The notes under the pieces were generated by a model. The model ran no database searches, had not been told where the DNA came from, and saw only the letters and a list, made by a program, of their open reading frames with translations. DNA of 64,000 nucleotides from an uncultured Bacilli bacterium. GTDB lineage: Bacteria; Bacillota_I; Bacilli_A; RF39; UBA660. This document shows, piece after piece, positions 1 through 10,014 of this stretch. Within the stretch, counting starts at the first letter, position 1. Every line of letters starts with the position of its first letter. The stretch lies in NCBI GenBank assembly GCA_934131695.1, contig CAKOZV010000001.1:10060-74059 (forward strand), written 5' to 3'. The position numbers and the translations under genes were made by a program.

Positions 1-316
1 TTATACCTTTACCTTAAAAAATACTGGTACTAGAACTATAACATATGATGTTTATCTTGATGATGATAGTGATTGTACTGATTGTGCAACCTTCACTCAT
101 AGCTTCTTATCATATGATTTAAAGAAAGATGGGACATCAGTATCAAATGGGAAACTATCAACTAGTAGCAATAAATTAGGTTCTTATTCAATAGCAGGTA
201 ATACTACTCAAAACTTTGAATTTCGTTTATGGTTAAACTTAGATGCTACAAACGATGTTATGGCAAAATCTTTCTACAGTAGAATAAGAGTAGAAGCTAC
301 TGAGCAAGTTGATTAA
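1..316 (+). CDS. 3' end of an unidentified secreted/surface-type protein (5' part outside window)
   Basis: The frame with codons starting at nt 2 is open from the window edge to TAA 314-316 (YTFTLKNTGTRTITYDVYLDDDSDCTDC...FYSRIRVEATEQVD*). Composition is Thr/Ser/Asn-rich. A hairpin terminator follows directly. No family recognised with confidence. Confidence 0.45.
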   Translation, partial: YTFTLKNTGTRTITYDVYLDDDSDCTDCATFTHSFLSYDLKKDGTSVSNGKLSTSSNKLGSYSIAGNTTQNFEFRLWLNLDATNDVMAKSFYSRIRVEATEQVD

Positions 317-346
317 ACTAGTTCACATTAAGAACTAGTTTTTTTT
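316..346 (+). terminator. Rho-independent terminator
   Basis: Perfect 9-bp stem aactagttc/gaactagtt (316-324 / 332-340), 7-nt loop, then a T-run to 346. Confidence 0.7.
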
Positions 347-425
347 GTCACTTTTTTTGGTCTTAAAGTAATTGCTTAACCATATTCCTTCTCGTTAAAA
401 TATAAGTATACAAGGAGGAAATAAA

Positions 426-2720
426 ATGTTTTCGAAATTTAGTGAAGATGCTCAGAAAGCCTTAGTATTAGCTAGAAAAGAAATGAGGACTTTAAAGCAT
501 CCTTATGTAGGAAGTGAACATTTACTATTAGCTATACTATCAATGAAAGAGTTAAAAGTAACTAATCATTTAAAACTATTAGGTTTAACTTATGATAAAT
601 TTAAAGATGAATTAATAAGAGTAGTAGGAATAGGAAAGACAACCAATGACTGGTTTTTATATACCCCTCTTTTAAAAAGAGTACTAGAGACAGCTATGTT
701 AAATAGTAAAGAAAATAAAGAAAGTGAAGTATCAGTTACAGAGTTATTCTTATCATTATTAGAAGAAGGAGAAGGTATAGCTATTAGATTATTAATGGGT
801 ATGAATATAGATATAGATAGACTATATCAAGAGTTTTCTACTTCTTTTACAGAAAAGAAAATAACGGGACATAAAAAATTACTAATTGAAGAGTTTTCCG
901 TTAATCTAAATAAAAGAATTATGTCCAATGAAATAGATCCTGTTATAGGTAGAGAAACAGAGCTAAAAAGAATGATAGAAATACTTTGTAGAAGAACTAA
1001 GAATAATCCACTACTATTAGGGGAAGCAGGAGTTGGAAAAACAGCTATAGTTGAAGAATTAGCAAGACAAATAGTAGAAAATAATGTTCCAAGAGCTTTA
1101 AGAGGTAAAGAGATATTATCTCTTTCGATGGCATCTTTAGTAGCAGGCACTAAGTATCGAGGAGAATTTGAAGAAAGAGTAGGTAAAATACTTAAAGAAA
1201 TAGAAGAACATGATGAGTACCTAATCTTTATAGATGAGATTCATACTTTAGTAGGTGCAGGTGGGGCAGAAGGTGCAATAGATGCATCTAATATCTTAAA
1301 ACCGGCTTTGGCTAGAGGAAAAATACATTTGATAGGAGCCACTACTGTATCTGAATATAGAGAATTTATTGAGAAAGATAAAGCCTTAAATAGAAGATTT
1401 CAAATACTATTAATAGAAGAGCCTAATAAAGAAAAGACTAAAGAAATATTAAAGAAATTAAAACCATTATATGAAGCTTATCACTCTGTATCAATATCAG
1501 ATGAAATGATTGATATGATAGTAGATTTATCAAATACTTATATATATGAATATTATCAACCAGATAAAGCGATAGATATATTAGATGAAGTATGTGCTAA
1601 AGCTAGTCTTATAGAAGATAAAAAAGATAAAGAACTAAAAAAATTAAATAATTCACTGCAAAAAATTGTAATAGAAAAAAAAGAAGCAGTTACAAGTCAA
1701 AACTTTAAAAAAGCATCTAAACTAAAACAAAGTGAAAAAAATTTAATTACTAAAAAGAATGAACTTGAGTTTTCTCTTCTTGGTAAAAAGAAACCTAGGA
1801 AAATAACTAAAGAAATGATAGCAGAAGTTATTTATTTAAAAACAAAAATTCCTGTATATGAAATAATAGAAGGTAATAAGACAAAACTATTTTCCCTAGA
1901 AAAAGAATTATTAAGTAAGATTATTGGTCAAGATGAGATAATCCATGATTTATGTAATTTAACTAAAAAAATACAATTAGGTTTTCAAGATAGTCCTAAG
2001 ATACATACCTTTCTTTTAGCTGGTAGTACAGGAATAGGTAAAACTTATTTAGTAAAAGAATATGCTTCTCTTCTTTATGGAAAAGATCACTTTATTAGAT
2101 TAGATATGAGTGAGTATAAAGAAGAACATTCAGTAAGTAAAATACTTGGAGCTCCTCCAGGATATGTGGGCTTTGATAATCATGAGACTATACTTGATCA
2201 GATAAGACTATATCCTCATTGTGTAATACTATTAGATGAGATAGAAAAAGCATCACCTTCTGTATTAAAACTATTTCTCCAAGTGATGGATGAAGGTTAT
2301 TTAAAAGACTCTAAAGGACGAAAAGTGTCTTTTGAACACATTTTTCTCTTTATGACAACTAATTTAGGAGCAAATAAAAAAGATATTGGTTTTGTGGAAA
2401 CAGTAGATAGTAAGAATACAGATATAGAAGAATTTTTAGGAGTAGAGTTTGTTAACCGTATAGATAAGAAATACTATTTCAAAGATTTAACTAAAGAAGA
2501 TATTGAAAGAATAGTAAATCTAAAATTAGACCTGTTAATAAATGCTTTTAAGAAAAAGAATATAGAAGTAGAAATATCCACAGATATTGTGGAAAAAATA
2601 ATTTCTAAAGCAAACTATGAAAAGTTTGGAGCAAGACAAGTGGATAAAGTTATTGATGATATTGTAACACCTGTTATAGTTGATGCTTGGTATCATGGTG
2701 AAAGTTGTGTTTCTATCTAG
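426..2720 (+). CDS. clpC: ATP-dependent Clp protease ATP-binding subunit ClpC-like (class I Clp/Hsp100)
   Basis: 764-aa ORF with an AGGAGG RBS. N-terminal Clp_N-type repeats. Two AAA+ modules: Walker A GEAGVGKT and GSTGIGKT, Walker B IFIDEIH and ILLDEIEK. Confidence 0.85.
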   Translation: MFSKFSEDAQKALVLARKEMRTLKHPYVGSEHLLLAILSMKELKVTNHLKLLGLTYDKFKDELIRVVGIGKTTNDWFLYTPLLKRVLETAMLNSKENKESEVSVTELFLSLLEEGEGIAIRLLMGMNIDIDRLYQEFSTSFTEKKITGHKKLLIEEFSVNLNKRIMSNEIDPVIGRETELKRMIEILCRRTKNNPLLLGEAGVGKTAIVEELARQIVENNVPRALRGKEILSLSMASLVAGTKYRGEFEERVGKILKEIEEHDEYLIFIDEIHTLVGAGGAEGAIDASNILKPALARGKIHLIGATTVSEYREFIEKDKALNRRFQILLIEEPNKEKTKEILKKLKPLYEAYHSVSISDEMIDMIVDLSNTYIYEYYQPDKAIDILDEVCAKASLIEDKKDKELKKLNNSLQKIVIEKKEAVTSQNFKKASKLKQSEKNLITKKNELEFSLLGKKKPRKITKEMIAEVIYLKTKIPVYEIIEGNKTKLFSLEKELLSKIIGQDEIIHDLCNLTKKIQLGFQDSPKIHTFLLAGSTGIGKTYLVKEYASLLYGKDHFIRLDMSEYKEEHSVSKILGAPPGYVGFDNHETILDQIRLYPHCVILLDEIEKASPSVLKLFLQVMDEGYLKDSKGRKVSFEHIFLFMTTNLGANKKDIGFVETVDSKNTDIEEFLGVEFVNRIDKKYYFKDLTKEDIERIVNLKLDLLINAFKKKNIEVEISTDIVEKIISKANYEKFGARQVDKVIDDIVTPVIVDAWYHGESCVSI

Positions 2721-2737
2721 AAAATAAGTGAAAATTA

Positions 2738-2769
2738 AGAGAAAATGCTTTCTATTGTCTCTTTTTTTT
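2738..2769 (+). terminator. Probable terminator after clpC
   Basis: Imperfect 9-bp stem (one mismatch) at 2738-2746 / 2754-2762, followed by T8. Confidence 0.5.
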
Positions 2770-2797
2770 GTTACAATAATCAGTAGGAGATGATACA

Positions 2798-5284
2798 ATG
2801 GGATTATTTACAAGATTATTTGATCATGAATATAAAGAATTAAAAAAATTTGAATCTTTAGCAGACAAAATAGTAGCCTTAGATGAAGACTATCAAAAGT
2901 TATCTGATGAAGAGTTAAAGAATAAAACAGAGGAATTTAAGAAACGTTTAGAAAATGGAGAAACACTAGAAGATATTTTAGTAGAAGCTTTTGCTACCGC
3001 AAGAGAAGCAGCTTATCGTGTTATAGGAGAAAAACCTTTCTATGTTCAGATACTAGGTGCTTTAGCAATACACTATGGTAATATAGCAGAAATGAAAACT
3101 GGTGAAGGAAAAACACTAACATCCGTTTTACCAGCTTACTTAAATGCATTAGATGGAAAAGGAGTACATATCATTACTGTTAACGAATATCTAGCTACTC
3201 GTGATGCTGAATGGATGGGTGGAATTCATAGATTTTTAGGTCTAACAGTAGGAGTTAATACAAGAGAATTAAGTCCTAAAGAAAAGCAAGAAGCTTATGC
3301 TTGTGATATTTTATATTCTACTAATAATGAAATTGGATTTGATTATCTAAGAGACAATATGGTTATTAGAAAAGAAGATAGAGTACAAAGACCATTAAAT
3401 TTTGCTATCGTTGATGAGGTTGATTCAGTATTAATAGATGAAGCAAGAACTCCATTAATTATTTCTGGTGGACAATTAGTTAGTGCAAACCTTTATCAAG
3501 ATGCTGATAGCTTTGTTAAAGGATTAAAAGATGATGTGGATTATCTATATGATGAAACTACTAAGAGTGTAACATTAACTGATGAAGGTAGTGAAAAAGC
3601 AGAAAAAGCTTTTCGAGTTAAAAATCTTTATGAAGTAGAAAATGCAACTTTAGTACATTATATTAATCAAGCTTTAAGAGCAAACTATTCTATGAAATTA
3701 GATGTAGATTATGTTGTTCAAGATGGAGAAGTTGTCATAGTAGACCAATTTACTGGACGTTTGATGAAAGGACGTGCTTATAGTGATGGACTTCATCAAG
3801 CAATTGAAGCTAAAGAAGGAGTTCGTATTAATCAAGAAACTAAAACTTTAGCAACTATTACTTTCCAAAACTTATTTAGAATGTATAAAAAATTATCTGG
3901 TATGACTGGTACTGCTAAAACAGAAGAAGAAGAGTTCCGTGATATTTATAATATGTATGTTATTTGTATTCCAACTAATAAACCAGTTGAAAGAATTGAT
4001 GCTTCTGACTTAGTATTTGCTACTAAAAATGCTAAGTATAAAGCTATTATTAATGAAGTAAAAGAAAGATATGCTAAAGGTCAACCAGTATTAATTGGTA
4101 CTATTGCTATTGAAACTAGTGAATTAATAAGTGCTTTATTAAAGAAAGAAAAGATTCCACATGAAATATTAAATGCTAAGAATCATGCAAGAGAAGCTGA
4201 AATTATTTCTAAAATTGGTCAACATAAGTCAGTTACTATCGCTACTAATATGGCTGGTCGTGGTACTGATATTAAATTATCAGATGAGATAAGAGCACTT
4301 GGTGGATTATGTGTTATTGGTACTGAACGTCATGAATCTCGTCGTATTGATAATCAGTTAAGAGGACGTTCTGGTCGTCAAGGAGATCCTGGATTTACAC
4401 AGTTCTTTGTATCTATGGAAGATGATTTAATGGTTCGCTTTGGTAGTGAAAAAATTAAAGAAATGATGACTAGTTTTGGATTTGGTGATCAAGCTATTCA
4501 AAACAAATACTTTTCTAAAGCTATTACAACTGCTCAAAAAAGAGTTGAAGGAAATAACTTTGATGCTAGAAAACAATTATTACAATATGATGATGTAATG
4601 AATACTCAACGTGAAATCATGTATGGTAGAAGAAATGAAATACTAGATAGTGAATCTGTTCATGAACAAGTTCTTGAATGTATGAGAAATTATGTTACTG
4701 ACTTAGTTAAGTCACATACTATAGATGGTATTTTAAGTGAACAAGATAAGAAAGAAATAGTATCTTTTGCTAACGAAAATTTACTAGATAAAGATATTAC
4801 TGAAAATGATATTAGTTCACTATTAGATGATGATATGATAGACTTCTTATATAATAAAGCAAAAGAGGAATATGAAGAAAAACTTAGTGATGTTCCAGTA
4901 GAAATAACTAGTGAATTTGAAAAAGCATTATCTTTACAAGTCATTGATAACTATTGGATGGAACAAATTAATGTAATGAGTCACTTACGTGAAGGTATCT
5001 ATTTACGTAGTTATGGTCAAGAAGATCCATTAAGAGCATATAGTACTGAAGGATTTGATTTATTTGATCAAATGTTACAAAAGATTGATCATGATGTTAC
5101 TATATTCTTACTAAAAGCAGAAATACAAAAAACTGTTGAAAGAAAACCAGTTACAAGAAATGTTCAAACTAATGATGATAAATCAGATTCAGTAAAGAAA
5201 CCAAAGAAAAGTAAAAAAGTAGGACGTAATGATCCTTGTCCATGTGGTTCAGGAAAAAAATATAAACAATGTTGTGGTAAATAA
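2798..5284 (+). CDS. secA: Preprotein translocase ATPase SecA
   Basis: 828 aa. Motor motifs MKTGEGKT, DEVDSVLIDEARTPLIISG and TNMAGRGTDI. C-terminal zinc-binding SEC-C motif CPCGSGKKYKQCCGK. Confidence 0.97.
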   Translation: MGLFTRLFDHEYKELKKFESLADKIVALDEDYQKLSDEELKNKTEEFKKRLENGETLEDILVEAFATAREAAYRVIGEKPFYVQILGALAIHYGNIAEMKTGEGKTLTSVLPAYLNALDGKGVHIITVNEYLATRDAEWMGGIHRFLGLTVGVNTRELSPKEKQEAYACDILYSTNNEIGFDYLRDNMVIRKEDRVQRPLNFAIVDEVDSVLIDEARTPLIISGGQLVSANLYQDADSFVKGLKDDVDYLYDETTKSVTLTDEGSEKAEKAFRVKNLYEVENATLVHYINQALRANYSMKLDVDYVVQDGEVVIVDQFTGRLMKGRAYSDGLHQAIEAKEGVRINQETKTLATITFQNLFRMYKKLSGMTGTAKTEEEEFRDIYNMYVICIPTNKPVERIDASDLVFATKNAKYKAIINEVKERYAKGQPVLIGTIAIETSELISALLKKEKIPHEILNAKNHAREAEIISKIGQHKSVTIATNMAGRGTDIKLSDEIRALGGLCVIGTERHESRRIDNQLRGRSGRQGDPGFTQFFVSMEDDLMVRFGSEKIKEMMTSFGFGDQAIQNKYFSKAITTAQKRVEGNNFDARKQLLQYDDVMNTQREIMYGRRNEILDSESVHEQVLECMRNYVTDLVKSHTIDGILSEQDKKEIVSFANENLLDKDITENDISSLLDDDMIDFLYNKAKEEYEEKLSDVPVEITSEFEKALSLQVIDNYWMEQINVMSHLREGIYLRSYGQEDPLRAYSTEGFDLFDQMLQKIDHDVTIFLLKAEIQKTVERKPVTRNVQTNDDKSDSVKKPKKSKKVGRNDPCPCGSGKKYKQCCGK

Positions 5285-5292
5285 ACCTGCAA

Positions 5293-5324
5293 ACCCGCAT
5301 AAAATAAGGAATTGCGGGTTTTTC
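5293..5324 (+). terminator. secA terminator
   Basis: 7-bp stem acccgca/tgcgggt (5293-5299 / 5313-5319) followed by TTTTT. Confidence 0.7.
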
Positions 5325-5442
5325 TATGATTACAATATTTAGGTAATTATAGGCATGTCTTTTGTCTTGGATAAGTTTTAGATAAGTCTTTTCACCAAAA
5401 TCAGCCGTAAAATAGGGCGTATATGATATAATTAAAAAGGAA

Positions 5443-6120
5443 GTGATAACAATGAATAAAATAAATTCTAAAAATTTATATACTGATAGATTGGAATTGA
5501 GGATTCCAACTATGGAGGAGCAACATAGATTATGGGAAATATTAATTAATGAAGATATCAATCAATATTATTTTCCTACTCCAGATAGAATATTTGATAA
5601 AAATAATTTGTCTAAGGACAATATAGAAGATTTAAAAAAAGCAAGACGAATTTTTACAGAACAATTGTCTGATTGGAAAAGACAAGAACCTTTTTATGAA
5701 AAGAAGATAGAATCCATCCAAGCACAAGATGATAGTCAAAAGTATACTTGGAGTATTTTTCTTAAAGGAACCAATACAGTTATAGGTCAAATAACTTGTC
5801 AACCAAAAGATAATGAACCTGAAAATATAAGAGATGTTGGATGGTTTATTGATCCTAATTGTCAGGGAAAAGGCTATGCAACAGAAGCAGCCGTTGCAAT
5901 ATTAGATTTTATGTTTAATGAAGTAGAAATAACTGATATTAAAACAAGTGCAGCTGAAATAAATCCTGGATCATGGAGAATTATGGAAAAACTTGGATTT
6001 GAATTCGTTGGAACAAAAAAATCATCATATTTTAAAGATGATGAGATTTTGATATCTAAAGAATATCATGGAACTAAAGAATTATTCTTAAATAGAAACA
6101 ACAGTATTAAGAAAAAATAG
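5443..6120 (+). CDS. GNAT family N-acetyltransferase (RimJ/RimL-like)
   Basis: 225 aa. Acetyl-CoA motif region WFIDPNCQGKGYATEAAVAILDFMF and the typical RimJ/RimL-type N-terminus (LYTDRLELRIPTMEE). Confidence 0.75.
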   Translation: MITMNKINSKNLYTDRLELRIPTMEEQHRLWEILINEDINQYYFPTPDRIFDKNNLSKDNIEDLKKARRIFTEQLSDWKRQEPFYEKKIESIQAQDDSQKYTWSIFLKGTNTVIGQITCQPKDNEPENIRDVGWFIDPNCQGKGYATEAAVAILDFMFNEVEITDIKTSAAEINPGSWRIMEKLGFEFVGTKKSSYFKDDEILISKEYHGTKELFLNRNNSIKKK

Positions 6121-6250
6121 ATTTTTTTTAGATAAGTTATTAGACAAGTTGTTGAATAAAAACTTGTAATATTTCAACAAAAAATCATTAAATTAAAATA
6201 AAAAATAACAATTTAAAAGGAAAAAATTACTAGGTTATTTTAATATTTTA

Positions 6251-6337
6251 CCATGTGGAAGTGGTAAAAAATATAAGCAATGTTGTGACAAATGACTCGT
6301 AAAGTCCCATAAATAAAGGGAAAACGCGAGTTTTTCT
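6251..6337 (+). repeat. Degenerate non-coding copy (copy 2) of the secA 3' end plus terminator
   Basis: ccatgtggaagtggtaaaaaatataagcaatgttgtgacaaatga... aligns with secA 5240-5325. It would read PCGSGKKYKQCCDK* but has an in-frame stop a few codons upstream. The downstream hairpin/T-run region is also homologous. Confidence 0.8.
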
Positions 6338-6455
6338 TTTTATCAAAAAATTGCCCAAAATATGGGCTGGAGCCACTTTGGAGACATTTTGATTTAAATA
6401 TTGGACTATACAAGTAAAATCTATTATGGTTTCATGGTATAATTATGTATGAAAG

Positions 6456-6944
6456 TTGGTGATTAAATTGAATTATGAAATAATTGATGTAAAACAAGAT
6501 GAAAAAGAAAAGTTATATAAATTATTACAGTATGCTTTATATGATGGTTCGCAATACATTGATAATGACATAAATAAAGATTGTATATTTGAATATAGAT
6601 GGTTTGATAATTATTTTACCGATAATGATCGAAATTCATATTTTATTAAAAGTGGAAATGCCTATGTAGGAATGGTTATGGTAAACGAGAATTTGAAATT
6701 TAATAAAGACGGTAAATGCATTGCCGAGTTCTTAATAATGCCAAGATTCAGAAGAAATCATATTGGTAAAAAGGTTGCATATGAAATATTTGAAAAATTT
6801 AAGGGCAATTGGGAAGTTCAACCGATGGAGAATAATCCTATTGCATATTCATTTTGGAAGAATATTATATCAGAATATACAAATGGTAATTATATAACTA
6901 AAAATGATGGAATAGAGGATGTATTCGTTTTTAATAATAAATAA
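6456..6944 (+). CDS. GNAT-like acetyltransferase
   Basis: 162 aa. Motif A-like FLIMPRFRRNHIGKKVAYEIFEKF. Non-ATG start (TTG 6456, or GTG 6459 / TTG 6468), so the start is uncertain. Confidence 0.55.
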   Translation: MVIKLNYEIIDVKQDEKEKLYKLLQYALYDGSQYIDNDINKDCIFEYRWFDNYFTDNDRNSYFIKSGNAYVGMVMVNENLKFNKDGKCIAEFLIMPRFRRNHIGKKVAYEIFEKFKGNWEVQPMENNPIAYSFWKNIISEYTNGNYITKNDGIEDVFVFNNK

Positions 6945-6956
6945 AGGTGTTAATTT

Positions 6957-7439
6957 ATGCAAATAGTAGAATATGAAAATAAGTATTTAGGAGATGTCAA
7001 AGACTTATTAGTTGAACTTGAAGAGTATATTGTATCAATAGATAAAGATCATTTGGATCAAGTTCATCCTGAATATAGGGAAAAAATGGCAGTTTTAGAT
7101 TTAGAAGAAGTTAATAAGAACAACGGTAAATGTTATTTGGCAGTAGAAAATAATAAAGCAATTGGCTTAATCATGGGTTGCATATTCCCATATGATAAAT
7201 ATGATTATCTAGACTATAAATGTCCAAAAAGAGGAGAAATTACAGAATTAATCGTTACAAATAAAATTAGAAGTAAAGGCATAGGTCAAGAACTAATAAA
7301 TAAAATGGAAGAATACTTTAAATACGTTGAATGTGAATATGTAATAGTTGATGTATTCGCCTACAATGATATTGGTAAGAATTTTTATAATAAAAAAGAT
7401 TATCATGCAAGAATGGAAACAATGATAAAGAAAATATAG
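6957..7439 (+). CDS. GNAT family N-acetyltransferase
   Basis: 160 aa. Motif A ELIVTNKIRSKGIGQELINKME. Lies 12 nt after the previous ORF. Confidence 0.7.
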   Translation: MQIVEYENKYLGDVKDLLVELEEYIVSIDKDHLDQVHPEYREKMAVLDLEEVNKNNGKCYLAVENNKAIGLIMGCIFPYDKYDYLDYKCPKRGEITELIVTNKIRSKGIGQELINKMEEYFKYVECEYVIVDVFAYNDIGKNFYNKKDYHARMETMIKKI

Positions 7440-7792
7440 TGAGGGAAGCAAATAATATGAAACATGAAATGAAATTAAACAATGGACCATTTGAACGAAT
7501 AAAAAATGGAACAAAGACTATAGAATTAAGATTAAATGATGAAAAAAGACAATTGCTAAAAATTAAGGATTTAATAGAATTTACTAATAGAACTAACAAC
7601 GAAAAAATGTTAGTTGAAATCGCGAACTTATATCATTATCCATCATTCGAAGAATTATATAAACATTTTGATAAGGTAGCAATGGGATATGATGAAGATG
7701 ATATAGCTGATCCGAAAGATATGGAAGAATATTATTCGCCAGAAGAACAATCTAAATATGGTGTATTAGGTATTAAAATTAAAAAAATGTAA
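7439..7792 (+). CDS. ASCH domain protein
   Basis: 117 aa. N-terminus MKLNNGPFERIKNGTKTIELRLNDEKR is typical of the ASCH (ASC-1 homology) beta-barrel family. The likely true start is ATG 7457, with a GAGGGAAG RBS. Abuts the preceding GNAT gene. Confidence 0.55.
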   Translation: MREANNMKHEMKLNNGPFERIKNGTKTIELRLNDEKRQLLKIKDLIEFTNRTNNEKMLVEIANLYHYPSFEELYKHFDKVAMGYDEDDIADPKDMEEYYSPEEQSKYGVLGIKIKKM

Positions 7793-7810
7793 TTTTATTA
7801 GTAAAATATG

Positions 7811-7855
7811 TCAGGTCAAAGACATGAAAAGTTTTTTTCATAGTCTTTGACCTGA
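7811..7855. repeat. Long near-perfect palindrome/hairpin downstream of the ASCH gene
   Basis: tcaggtcaaagac (7811-7823) pairs with gtctttgacctga (7843-7855). The inner atgaaaa/ttttcat extends the stem to about 20 bp. There is no external T-run, so it is a possible bidirectional terminator or a protein-binding palindrome. Confidence 0.5.
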
Positions 7856-8081
7856 ACTATTGCTTGACAATATAAAATCCTTATACTAAAAGGCTGAACG
7901 CAGTGTTGATAGAAGCAACAACTGAGAAACTCCGGTTGTGAGATTTTTCTTTGCTTGAAAAAATGGTATAAATTGTAAAGACTACAGCACTATCGACACA
8001 TTATCTACATTTAACAACTTTTCAAAAATACGTTAAAATTCTTATAACAAAAGGGAAAAACAAGAATCGTTCACTTCGAAA

Positions 8082-9893
8082 GTGGTGTTGGTAAAAATGT
8101 GTTATAATTGTAATAGAGGTGTATTTATGAAAAGAAATAATTTGAAGAAGGTATTAGGAAAAATATATAGATTATTAGATTTTAAGCAAAAAATAAAATT
8201 TTTAATTATTATATTAATAATGATTGTATCAGCTGTTTTAACTCAGATGACTCCAAAAGCAATTGGATGGCTAACAGATGATGTTTTAAATGTAAATGGT
8301 GTTACGTTTGAAAAAGTTGTTCCTTTTCTTATTTTGATTCTTGTAGTTAATGTAGGTAATGAAATAATCAAGATTATAAGAAGAGTAATGGTAGAAGATG
8401 TTGCAACAAGAACTGAAAAGAAAGCTCGTGGAATGGTTATAAAATCACTATTAATGGCCCCATTATCATATTTTAGAAAGAATATGATAGGTAATATTCA
8501 TGGAAGAATGAATAGATGCTTAGATGGTACTATAAAATTAGAAAAATTATTATTTATGGATTTTGCTCCAGCTGTTTTTAATAGTGTGGCTGCTATTATA
8601 ACAATTTTCTTAACTTTGCCAATTACACTTGCTTTGCCTATGTTAATGGTTATTCCTATAGGTGTTACTATTGTTTTAGCTCAAATAAATAGTCAAAGAG
8701 GTATAAGAGTAGAATTGTTAGAAAGAAAATCAAGTATGGATGGTACAATAGTTGAACTTATTAATGGAATAGAAGTTATTAGAATTTGTGATAGTGTTGA
8801 CTTTGAAACAAATAGGTTTGATACTAAGTCTGAATTTTTAAGAAATAAAGAAATGAAACATCATAAAGCGATGGCATTATATGATTGTTTAAAATTTATA
8901 AATCAAGCGGTGTTCACGGTATTAATAATAGGAATATCTACTTATTTAGCAACTAAAGGTATAATATCAGTAGGTGCTGTATTAACAGCTTATTTATGTT
9001 TTAATCAATTAACAAAACCATTAGAAGAATTACACAGAATATTTGATGAAGTATCAGAATGTACAATACTAGCAAGTGATTTCTTTGAAATGGTTGAAAT
9101 ACCAAATGATTTCTCATATTTGGATACGAAAAGAGAATTAAATAATGAAGTAACTGATGAAATTATAAATATAAAAAATTTAAGTTTTCACTATTCGGAA
9201 GATAAAGATAAGTTAATTCTAAAAGACTTAAATATTGATATAGAAAAAGGAATGTATTTAGGAATAGCTGGTCCTTCAGGATGCGGTAAATCATCATTAA
9301 TTAAATCAATTTGTAAATTAGAAAAAGCAGATGGTACTATCATTTTGGATGATACAAATATTGATAACTTAAATAGAAAAGATATTTCTAATATAATTGC
9401 CTTAGTTCCTCAGAGCCCATTTTTAATTGCTGGAACAATTTATGAAAATATTACTTATGGAATTAATAGAGAAGTATCAATAGAAGAAGTAGAAGAAGCT
9501 GCTAAAAAAGCCTATATACTTGATTATATAGAAGAACTACCAGAAAAATTCGATACATTAATATCTGAAGGTGGAAATAATCTTTCAGGAGGACAAAGAC
9601 AAAGAATTGCAATTGCAAGAATATTCTTAAGAAAGCCTAAAATATTAATATTAGATGAAGCAACAAGTGCTCTTGATAACACATCAGAAAAACATATTCA
9701 AAGTGAAATAGAAAAATTACAAAAAGAAAACAATACTACTATAATAGCAATTGCCCATAGATTAACTACTTTAAAGAATTGCGACAGAATAATTGTATTG
9801 AATAAAGGTAAGATTGAAGAAAGTGGAAAATTTGATGAATTGATTGAAAAAGAAGGAATCTTTAGTGACATGTATTATGGAAAACTAAAATAA
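8082..9893 (+). CDS. ABC exporter, fused permease/ATPase (type I exporter)
   Basis: N-terminal 6-TM domain. NBD with Walker A GPSGCGKS, signature LSGGQRQRIAIAR and Walker B ILILDEATSALD. The likely true start is ATG 8127 (MKRNNLKK), with an AGAGGTG RBS. Confidence 0.85.
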   Translation: MVLVKMCYNCNRGVFMKRNNLKKVLGKIYRLLDFKQKIKFLIIILIMIVSAVLTQMTPKAIGWLTDDVLNVNGVTFEKVVPFLILILVVNVGNEIIKIIRRVMVEDVATRTEKKARGMVIKSLLMAPLSYFRKNMIGNIHGRMNRCLDGTIKLEKLLFMDFAPAVFNSVAAIITIFLTLPITLALPMLMVIPIGVTIVLAQINSQRGIRVELLERKSSMDGTIVELINGIEVIRICDSVDFETNRFDTKSEFLRNKEMKHHKAMALYDCLKFINQAVFTVLIIGISTYLATKGIISVGAVLTAYLCFNQLTKPLEELHRIFDEVSECTILASDFFEMVEIPNDFSYLDTKRELNNEVTDEIINIKNLSFHYSEDKDKLILKDLNIDIEKGMYLGIAGPSGCGKSSLIKSICKLEKADGTIILDDTNIDNLNRKDISNIIALVPQSPFLIAGTIYENITYGINREVSIEEVEEAAKKAYILDYIEELPEKFDTLISEGGNNLSGGQRQRIAIARIFLRKPKILILDEATSALDNTSEKHIQSEIEKLQKENNTTIIAIAHRLTTLKNCDRIIVLNKGKIEESGKFDELIEKEGIFSDMYYGKLK

Positions 9894-10014
9894 ATTTTTA
9901 TCTACATTTTAGTAGAGTTTTGCCAAAAACGATTTAATGTGAATTAACATAAAATAACGTGTTTTAAAGGGATTAGAATAGTATCTAAGATCTCAGAATT
10001 GCAAAACATCGCAT

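Noticed and set aside
346-425. A possible CtsR operator upstream of clpC (ggtc and tttgtca fragments near 345-370).
   Set aside because: No tandem GGTCAAA-NAN-GGTCAAA heptad repeat can be aligned, only isolated 4-5 nt fragments. No ctsR/mcsA/mcsB genes precede clpC here.
827-1150. Antisense ORFs listed in the six-frame track inside larger genes: 827-1150, 2535-2798, 4690-4944, 5169-5561, 7293-7514, 7318-7599, 16650-16859, 18884-19090, 20272-20478, 22081-22299, 23933-24157, 24623-24820, 26433-26675, 30872-31081, 36330-36530 and 44857-45144, all on the minus strand.
   Set aside because: They lie opposite or overlapping strongly supported genes and have no RBS. Their composition is Ile/Leu/Phe/Ser-rich and low-complexity, as expected from the antisense of AT-rich coding DNA. 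They resemble no known family.
7861-8081. A roughly 220-nt leader upstream of the ABC exporter with alternative short pairings (cagtgttg/caacaactg versus acaac/gttgt plus a T-run), considered as a riboswitch or attenuator.
   Set aside because: The stems are only 5-8 bp with bulges. I recognise no conserved riboswitch core, and the candidate -10 elements are weak. This is not supportable from sequence alone.
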